DNA from: Raillietiella orientalis
Taxonomy: Eukaryota
Reading direction: 5' to 3'
Length of the DNA stretch: 51,794 nt
Assembly (NCBI GenBank): GCA_036172245.1
Contig: JAYWIR010000106.1
Location: 124,001-175,794, forward strand
The notes beneath the pieces are model-generated. The model saw nothing but the letters and a program-made list of their open reading frames with translations, was not told where the DNA came from and ran no database searches. The position numbers and the translations under genes were made by a program. Within the stretch, counting starts at the first letter, position 1. The number at the start of each line of letters is the position of its first letter. Below are positions 43,752 to 51,794 of this stretch, in pieces.

Positions 43752-45775
43752 ATGGCAGAAATGCCTGGGGACACCGCGATGGAGATCGGAGAGGGAGAGG
43801 CCTGTTCCTCTCCCCAAACCATAGAGGTGGAAGCAACCGCCACCTTGAAAAAGAAGAAACCGTCCCGTCGGAAACGAGGGCTACCGCCCCCTTGAAAAAG
43901 GGAGCAACTGCCCCCGTGCAAAAGAATGCAACCGTCCTCTTGGAAAAGGGGACAAACGCCACCCCGGAAAAAGGAGCAACCTCATCCTTGGATCCTTCCT
44001 CGGGAACGACGAAGACCTGGAGCGCCGTGGCTGCAGCACCATCCCCTGAAGCCATTGCCGAACTGTGTGCCTACCGGGATCAAGGGTATGAACCATCCTT
44101 GATTTATAAGGTAGGCAACCTTTTTGTGGGGAACACCGCTCGTAAATTTGAGAGAGAGTTACAGCGGTTGAATGTGAAAGAGGAAGACCTGGAAGGTATC
44201 TCCGTGATGAGTGGGGGCCAGCAGGTGGAGCTGACTTGCAAAGATGCAAGCCTGACTCAGCGCCTGCTGAACACTCCCATTACACTGGATGGCCGAAAGG
44301 TCTTACCGGTAACGGAAGATCGCTCCATTGTTGCACACCTAACCGGTGTAACTATTCGCATGACCAAAGCTGGCGTGCAGGAAGAGTTGCAAAAACATGG
44401 TACGGTGCACGCGCTCTGGACCAAGCCGAACGTCTTCCAAACATACGGAAGACTGTTCAGTGGCATGGCTGCAGCGCGTGTGACCGTCCACGAAAACGGT
44501 GGGCTGCCCCACAAACTCGACGTCGGCAACGAGGTCGTCGACATTTGGTACGTGGGCAAACCCAAGTACTGTGGGCACTGTGATGCAACAGGGCATCTGA
44601 AAAAACGGTGCCCTCACATCCAGTGTTTCCACTGCTGGGAGAAGGGCCATCTCCGGAAAGTGTGCCCAAAGCGGGAACCTCCAGCGCCCTCTGCCTTGAA
44701 AAAAGGTAATGGGAAGCGCTTGGAGAAAGCACGAAAGTCCAATGAGCCAACAGAGCGACAAAGCCAAAAGCTTGTGCTCGAACCCTCCCAGGAAACGCCG
44801 GTCGAGAAAACTCGCGACGACGCTGGTGAGAACGAGGGCTGGCGGACGGAGAAGCCCAAAAGTAAAAAACCCAGGAAAACCAAAGAACCGACAGCGGAAC
44901 CCGCGACATCTCAATTAAATAGGAGACAACGCCGCGCTTTACTCCGCGAATGTTCGGTCGCTTTGGAGCGAGTGGAGATCCCCGAGACATCCACCGGGGG
45001 AGATATCCCCCGCCTCGTTGACGACGAAGTCGCGACCGCGGAAGGCGAACCCTCTGTGCAAACAGAGGGGGAGCCGAGCGACGCGCTCGCCGTAATCGAG
45101 GACGCCGCCTCCCAACAGGTGGCGGAACAGCTCGCGTCCGAACTCGCGGACCGTAAAAACGGCGCGCGAAAGGCCTTGCGAAGGCCGGCCGCGACCAGGG
45201 CACCTCCGACAGGTGACCACGACCCGGATGACGGAAGTGCGTCCTCCTCCGCAGAGGCGCCTCCGAAGAAGACTAGACGGAAGTCCAAGAATCCGAAGAG
45301 GCGCATCCCGACGAAGAAAGAGGGGGACGCACCGGCAGCCGAGGGGGAATCCGGCAGCGTGGGAACGGAGGGAGCGATTTTCCCACCTTCCGCTACCGAG
45401 CAGCTGGCCACCCTGATGGAGGAGGGGGAGAAGGTAAGTGATTGCCGCCCCCTTCCAAAAGTGGGACCTGCTGAGGAGATAACCATGGAGGAGGGGGAGC
45501 AGACAGTTGACAACCGCTCCCCCCTGCCGTCCAGCTCAGCCGACGAATCGCCTCCCATGGAAGAGGGGGAGCAGATGCGTAAAACCCGCACCCTTCAACC
45601 GTTGCGGTCCGCCGAGGAATCAGCCCCCATAGAGGAGGGAGAACCGGTGAACGGTGATCTCATTCCTCCATTCGTCCCACCCGACCAGGGGGCGGGCACC
45701 CCATTGTCAGTTTCCCAGGAGCAACACCTGAGCTCGCCTGTCGCCGTCGATTACGCGTGGCCTGTTGGAACGTGA
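43752..45775 (+). CDS. LINE ORF1 (gag-like nucleic-acid-binding protein, RRM-like + 2 CCHC knuckles), one frameshift near 43848
   Basis: The likely ATG at 43752 (MAEMPGD...ATATL) is one frame off the 701-aa ORF. Knuckles CGHCDATGHLKKRC and CFHCWEKGHLRKVC are at 44570-44665, followed by a long acidic/basic disordered tail. Confidence 0.85.
43833..43992 (+). repeat. 24-bp coding minisatellite (~7 units, ATAPLEKG-like octapeptide) in ORF1
   Basis: gctaccgcccccttgaaaaaggga / gcaactgcccccgtgcaaaagaat / gcaaccgtcctcttggaaaagggg / acaaacgccaccccggaaaaagga and related units. Confidence 0.85.
45416..45660 (+). repeat. 69-72 bp coding repeat (4 units starting MEEGE/IEEGE) at the ORF1 C-terminus
   Basis: Unit starts at 45416, 45485, 45557 and 45629. 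Confidence 0.8.
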
Positions 45776-46764
45776 ACGGGCTGCGCGACGACGGGACACG
45801 GCCGCCACCCTGCGTGACTTCGACCTGGCGCTCCTGCAGGAGATCCACGTGATCACCGCAGAGAACGCCCAGGAGATCGAGAGGATCGCAGGGGAGCGGC
45901 TTGTGTGGCAATGCGGCGTCCGCAAAACCTTTGGGGTCGCGTTCTTCAGGAAGCCGGCGGTCGACGCAGCCGTGAAGGGCGTGCGCTTCGACGAAGCCGG
46001 TCGTGTCGGCCAGCTGATTCTCAGGTGGTCCGACGCGATCGACCTAGTCGTAGCAAACGTGTACGCCCCGAGCGGTCCTGCCAGGTACCAGGAACGTGCG
46101 GCGTTTCTAAAAACCCTGAAGCGCGACTGGCTGGAACAAGATGCCTCTCGGCGCTTGCTTTCGGATGACTCTCCGGCAATAGGGGAGAAGGAGATGTTAA
46201 GCCTCGACGAGCCTTTTCCCACCGGCGAAATTCTCGCCGGTATCAAAAGGCTCAAGAGGCGGAAAGCACCAGGGGAGGATGGCCTGCCCGCGGAGTTTCT
46301 TCCAAGCTTCGCGGCAGAGTGTGCACCCCTGGTGCTTCAGTTGACAAGGCTTATCCGAGACGAAGGCGATCTTCCCGCATCGTTTCGGTCAGCCAGAGTG
46401 AGGCTCCTTCCCAAGGGAGGAGACCTCAGAGAAATCAGCAACTGGCGTCCGATCACCATTGTGAATAAGGACGCCAAGCTGATCGCCGGATTGCGGGCGT
46501 CGCGTCTAGGACAGGTGGCAGGATCCGTAATTAGCCTGGAACAGACTAGCGCTGTTCCAGGGCGAAGTATGGACGCCAACCTGTTCTTCGCGAGCACATG
46601 GTTTTGCTGGCAGAGTAGTAAACATGATCGACAGCGTGTGAATGGCTACCTCGCTGTTGGGGAGCCGGCCGAATAGGAAAGGTGACACTGGGGCGGAGAA
46701 GGGGGCCCTAGCAAACGCGGTCGATCTGTATAAAGCTTTCGATTTTCACCCGGATTTCGCCGGG

Positions 46765-49700
46765 ACGATTATTCTGAAATCAACATTTACAAAGACGTGC
46801 AGTGGCTGGACCATTGCTCCAGTCACGCACGGAGGAACACAGAGCCTGCCGGGTCACCGGTTCATAGACCGGTACGGTCCAAGACGGCAGCAGGGGGAAG
46901 GAGGAAAAACAAAAAAACAAAACAAAAAAGAAAAGAGAAGTTGGAAGGGTACGGGAAGAGATCAATGTAGCTGGTGGGGCCATTGCATCCTTTGCAGGAT
47001 GCCGGCAAGCTCCTTCTGTATTGCTGCATCCAGTTGGAACCATCGAGACGCCCTCCTCAGGAACTGTAAGGCTAGCTGGATGGCACACATGTCGTGTGGT
47101 CCTCCCGTAGCCTTGCTCCAGGCGGCGAAAATCCCGCGAAGGCAGCACAGGGCTGCTAACGAGGCCACTGGCCGAAGGGCGTCGGCAACGAAGAGGGCTT
47201 TCAGAACGTCCCTGGGGTTGCCGCAGGGGATTCCAATGGCCGCGGCAAAGCGGAAACAAAGAGGCCGAAGGGCAACACAATCCACTAGCAGGTGGTGGAG
47301 GATATCCCGTTCCCAACACCTGACGCAATTGGGGTCCACCGCTCCCCAGGTCCGGTGGTGTCGGCGAGCGTTGCAAGGGAGTCCCCAGTGCTGCAACAGA
47401 AGAGCCGAATCCTGCCGCTTTGAGGGGGGGGTGGAGGTGTTCCCCAGTATTGGGGGCCACTTCCAACGTTCGATGGGAACGTCAAGCAGCGCGCCCCAGC
47501 GTAGAAGTCAATTGAAAGGCGTATTCGGGGTGGCAGCGTCAGTGAGCTGACCCGTCTTCCACTCTCCTATCTTCTTCTCCTTCTTGGAGATTGTTACTGT
47601 AACCTCCCACTTCGCCGCAAAATCGCTGTCCAGATCTTCCATCAGGGAGGGCAGCGCAGCAGCGAGGGGAGTTCTTCCTGCCCTCGCTCTCTTCTTTGGG
47701 TCCTCCAGGATCTCGCGGAGCGTGCAACTTCTGTAACCCCCAAACAGGAACCTTTGTTCCTGTTGGAAGCGTTTCATGGCGAACTGTCCCCACGTTCGAA
47801 CGGTTTCCTGCAACCAGGCACTACCGTTTAAAGGGCGACAGGTGACCATTCCTGGGTTTTTCCCTGCCAGCGCAGCCACCCTCCGTAGCTGAAGTCCGCA
47901 TCGGTTGACGCGGCAACGGAGTGCAAGAAACGTCTTGCCATTGGCTTGCTGGAGAAGGAGAAGTGCAGGGACGCACCAATAGGTGCACCACAACTCTGGA
48001 ACGAGTGCCGACAATCGGAACTGGAGCTAAAGCTCCAGCCGCTAAAGCGTCAGGAGGCCCAGACCACCGTTCCGACGACGAGCGCACAAGTCCTTTAAGC
48101 GGACTCGGGCCCGCCCGTTAGTCCAAACGGCGATACGGAGGAGGTCCTTTGTCCGCTTTTTAATTCTCTCTGTGGTAAGGCGAACAAAAAGCAGGAGGCG
48201 GTGGAAAGGAGCCGCGGACGTGTTCCAAACCGCGGCCCGTTCAGGCAGGAAAAACTTGTCGCCTCGCCGGGCTGATCGCCGTCTCTACTTTTTGGAGGCA
48301 GCCCGACCACGCTTCCGCAGGGGAGTAGTCCCCCAACGGCACACCAAGGTACTTGAAGTACCTCACCGTGGGGATTAGCAAACGGACCCAGTCCTGCTGC
48401 CCTGCCCACGCCGCACCAACTGGCATCACGGACGACTCCGCCCTGTTCACCGTAAGTCCGGTTCCCCGATGCAGCAGGTCAAAGAACTCCTCGACCGCCG
48501 CAGCCGGGGTGGACATAGGGAGCAGCAGCAGAAGGTCGTCCGCGTATGCTGAAACGGCCGGCGTAACGGCACAGTCGTTTGGCAGATGCGTCAGAGTTCC
48601 CCTGTACGCTCTCAGTACCAACTCAAAGTAGGTACTGAAGAGCAAGGAATTCAGGCTGTCTTTCTGCCTGATCCTACGCCGCACGGGCACGCCGTGAATA
48701 GTCTGCCCGCTGAAAGTAACGTTGATGAGCGCGCCGCGCCAGCTGGAGCGCAGATAGGCCAGTAATGAGGCCGGGAAGCCCAAGGTTTCCAGAAGCTCCA
48801 GAAGGAGATTCTGGTCGACGCAATCGAATGCTTACGGCAAGTCGACTGCGACCGCAAGGGCTCCCTCTGCCATCCGACCATCCGACCCCTTGCCGGCGCA
48901 CGCACTGGAATTCCGGCGGCGCACTAAGCTTCTTTCTTGTTAAGCTATAGCCAGGTGGAAGCGTGGAACAGGTTCGCCTCCATGCTTCGCCTGGGAACAG
49001 CATTTGTCTGTTCCGGGCTGATGAAGCTGTTGGCATCCCGTCCCAATCACTCTGCCCAAACTTTAGCTAGCAACTTGGCGTCCGCATTCACTATTGTGAT
49101 GGGACGCCAGATGTTCATGCTCCTAAGATCTCCTGCCTTAGGGAGGAGCCGCACCTTTGTTGAACGAAACGAGGCGGGAACTTTACCTGTCTCGTGTAGC
49201 AGCAGGGAGACTTGCTGTACCAGGGGGGTAAGCTGAGCCGCGAAAGTTTGGTAAAACTACGCGGGCAGGCCGTCCTTCCCTGGAGCCTTGCGCCTCTTGA
49301 GCTTCCCGATGGCCGACAGGATCTCGTCCATCGTGAAAAACTCGTCGAGGGTCTTTCTCTCCTCCTCCCCGATCGCTGGAGCGCCTTCTTGAAGCAGAAG
49401 TCGTGAGACGTTGCTCTCTGGAGGTGCCCTGGCATACAGGGAGGAGTAGTAACTCCGCAGCAGGCCGCGGATTTGAGCGGGTGCCGAGTGCTCCTGACGC
49501 TGATCGTCCAGCAAGCTGGCCGATCCAAACTGCCAGGCTTGCCTCTCGGCACCCGCTTTGTATATTGCCAGCCTGCGGATATCGGGGGTCCTGGCGTAGC
49601 GACGGGCCTGCAGATAGGCTCGTTTGTTACGGACTTCGGTCTCAACACCCGTAGGTGAGCGGTGCAAAGGGAACTGTTCGCAGAACTCCTGTTCCGACCG

Positions 49701-50378
49701 CTTAAAGCGGTCCCAATCCTGGAGTGTCCGCAGCCTGAGGCTCCGTATGAACGTGCGGAGATGTTCCGCCGCGTCCGGGAGCTTCAACCGGTCCCCTGAG
49801 AGACGCCATGTTGACAAGGGGGGGCCCTTGTCGCGCGGATGGATCTCGAGGACTACCGGGCGATGGTCAGACAGCTCGCACGGTAAGTTGCCGCGCCTGC
49901 CTACGCGAGGGCGCAGGTGCTGGTCAAGAAACACGTGGTCAATGCTGTCTTCCATCCCCGTTGGACTGGCCCACATATTACAGGTGTGCAGCGCCATGCA
50001 CACCTCGTTGACCAGGTCACGCTCGGGATTTCGCCCATCTGGTTTCAGGCGAACGTTGAAATCGCCTGCAACCAGATGGGCATTCCGCACGCCTGCTTTG
50101 GTCAGCCAGTTGCGCCTTAGGGCAAGGAAAAACTCTTTCCTCGCCCTCCTGTTCATCAGGTCCGCGCCTCTCGGTGCGTACACGTTCTTCACGAGCATAT
50201 CGATCGAGTGGGACCACCTGAGAGTCAGCTGGCCGACACGATCGTGATCGTTGAACCGCACGCCCAGAGTAGCGGCCTCGACGGCTAGCCGAAGCAGGTA
50301 GGCGACACCGCAGCTTTTCTGTTTCCCACACCTATACCATAGCCGCCATCCGGAGATCCGTTCGATCTCTTGCGCTTG
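46765..50378 (-). mobile_element. L1/Tx1-like LINE copy C: almost complete but frameshifted ORF2 (APE-RT-zinc finger) plus 3' UTR
   Basis: AQEIERI...NVYAP...VAGDFNV...IDHVF...SDHRPV (APE); KAPGKDGLPA, WRPITIVN, RIRQKD, VSAYADDLLLL, GLTVNRAES and FKYLGV (RT); CVRC...HHLLVDC (zinc finger); T-rich 3' UTR at ~46900. Confidence 0.93.
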
Positions 50379-51545
50379 TACAGTGCAGACGTGTTTCCGC
50401 GTCTATCCGCGCCAACGATAGGGCAACTTTGTGCCTGCGTTTTCGCTCACGATTGTATGTTCCTGTGCAATCTGCCAAGTAGCATAGTGCAACATGGCCA
50501 GTATACAGGATACTGTGGAGGAGCAAGCGACTGGATGCACTTCAGCTGCACTTGAAGCGGCCGCATCCTCTGTAATGGTTTCGTCGCCCCCAGTGAGGAG
50601 TTACGCCACCGTTACCTCCCAAAGACCGGGACCCTGCGATGCGGAGTTCCAGGCATATGTGTCATCAGGATACATGCCTGCACTCCGTTATAAGGTCAGT
50701 GGGCCCTTTAACGGGAGAATCGGTCGTGAGCTCAATGATGAGCTCGTCCGAATCGGCGTTCGCGAGGAGGAACTCCTTGCCATAATGCCTGCTGGCAGGA
50801 TGGAATATACGAAGATTCGGTGCAAGAACGCAGCACTTGTGCAGCGCCTTCTCCGTACGCCGTTGACCATCAATGGCAAGGAATTCCTACCTACCGCGAT
50901 GGACGACTCTTTTGTCGTTCAATTGTGCGACATCGAATCGGAAATGTCCGAACGCGATGTTGTAAGCGTGCTAGCGAAGTTCGCCACCGTGCACGCCCTA
51001 AGGAGGAGGCCGAACACTTTGAAGGATTTCTCCTCTGTCCACATGGCACAAGCCTCCGCGCGGATCACCGTCGCTAAATAGCGTGTTGTGCCTGAGCAGC
51101 TGCAGGTGAATAAAAAACGTCGTCCGCAAAAACTCGGAAAAAACAACGAGCGATCCGCGGATGAAAAGAAAGCATCCCCGCCCGCAACGCCCCGAAAGGG
51201 GAAAGTCACGGCGGGGAAGCCAATTAAAAAGGGGCGCGAGGGTTTGACGCGTGCCGTGCCTTCCCTCTCTGCCGAACTCACAGGCACCTCTCCGAGCCAG
51301 GAACCAGGAAATCTCCGTAACACCCTAGAGTAAAAGGTAGGAAAACAAAAAGATGGCAACAGTGCGAAGACTTCTTGCCCCGTTCCGTTGTCCCTTAAGA
51401 GGTCCGAACAGCCCCATTGCAGCGCAGGCCCCTCTGCGAAGGCTACGAAAGCCGTAAAAAGCAGCGTCGCGACGAGCAAAAGCATGCTGCATGCAGTCGC
51501 CTTATCGCCGACTCGGCAGTTTTCCCCAAGTCCCAGAAGGGGTGG
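50379..51545 (+). mobile_element. L1/Tx1-like LINE copy D: 5' UTR and degenerate ORF1
   Basis: 5' UTR similar to copy B. ORF1 from ATG 50494 is homologous to B ORF1 (GYMPALRYKV vs GYEPSLIYKV; CKNAALVQRLLRTPLTINGK vs CKDASLTQRLLNTPITLDGR). Stop at 51081; the knuckle region is deleted. Confidence 0.88.
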
Positions 51546-51794
51546 AATAAATTTATTTTTTTAGAATTTTTCTATAAAAACATTCACTCTACAATCTCAT
51601 CCATACCATTAGCACTTTTTTTACCACTATGAAGTCCTTCGGTTCTCACTAGTTCTGCACTCATGGTGGGTTTACTGCTGTTTCGTCCCGGGCGTCGTCT
51701 TCTATCCTCTTCAGGATGAATCGGTACGTCCAGGCTTGGATTTTCCCACAGTTTCTAATGCCGATTTCCCTCTACAGAAGCCCTTGTAGGATCT
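51546..51794 (-). mobile_element. Possible 3' end of a further minus-strand LINE (copy E), running off the window
   Basis: Minus-strand AATAAA at ~51550-51557 in a context resembling the 3' ends of A and C. The minus-strand translation ILQGLL*REIG...IQAWTYRFILKR is weakly like LRGIFAAW...IQLALQFLRR. It could instead be a host terminal exon. Confidence 0.3.

Larger units (their letters stand above)
43636..46745 (+). mobile_element. L1/Tx1-like LINE copy B: 5' UTR, ORF1, APE and the first half of RT
   Basis: 5' UTR with GGACGTG. ORF1 has an RRM-like region and two CCHC knuckles. ORF2 reads LRVACWNVNGL...LALLQEIH...ANVYAP...KAPGEDGLPAEF...LLPKGGDLREISNWRPITIVNKDAK...EQT...AVDLYKAFD and then stops abruptly. 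Confidence 0.93.

Noticed and set aside
45655..45800. Programmed -1 frameshift between LINE ORF1 and ORF2 (ORF2 overlaps in the -1 frame without an ATG)
   Set aside because: No canonical X XXY YYZ slippery site in the ORF1 frame. The copy has other lesions, so a mutated start codon is as likely.
44339..50247. Long ORFs antisense to LINE coding regions (e.g. 44457-45203, 44911-45591, 46642-47550, 49624-50247)
   Set aside because: Shadow ORFs of GC-rich retrotransposon coding sequence with no independent motifs.
46765..51545. Twin-priming 5' inversion, or a natural divergent ORF1/ORF2 architecture, for copies C and D
   Set aside because: D carries its own 5' UTR homologous to B and interrupts C inside APE. 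B shows the normal tandem ORF1-ORF2 layout. The overlapping RT parts of A and B are too divergent to come from one insertion, and no flanking TSD was seen.

Overview
Eukaryotic, intron-containing genomic DNA from an invertebrate animal. A nematode is an inference from the 40-52 nt introns and TTTCAG acceptors, not a proven assignment. I could assemble three intact host genes by hand: TAF9 (minus strand, 4 exons, 292 aa), a cathepsin L-like C1A cysteine protease (plus, 6 exons, 330 aa, catalytic Cys/His/Asn intact), and an apparently secreted pepsin-family (A1) protein (plus, 8 exons, about 349 aa). The pepsin-family gene has an open frame and canonical splice sites, but BOTH catalytic DTG motifs, the flap Tyr and nearly the whole propeptide are gone, making it a candidate aspartic pseudoprotease and the most interesting host gene here. 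A 3.73 kb block carrying cathepsin L is duplicated 12,237 bp downstream as a pseudogene, with an odd 5'-to-3' divergence gradient. Most remaining DNA is transposon debris: a SPIN/GTF2IRD2-like hAT relic and about a dozen deletion-shrunken non-LTR retrotransposon relics. From about 42.55 kb to the end, 4-5 L1/Tx1-like LINEs abut in strictly alternating orientation, consistent with Russian-doll nesting. No rRNA, tRNA or CRISPR array was recognised. Relic boundaries are approximate and come from motif recognition by eye; no database searches were run.
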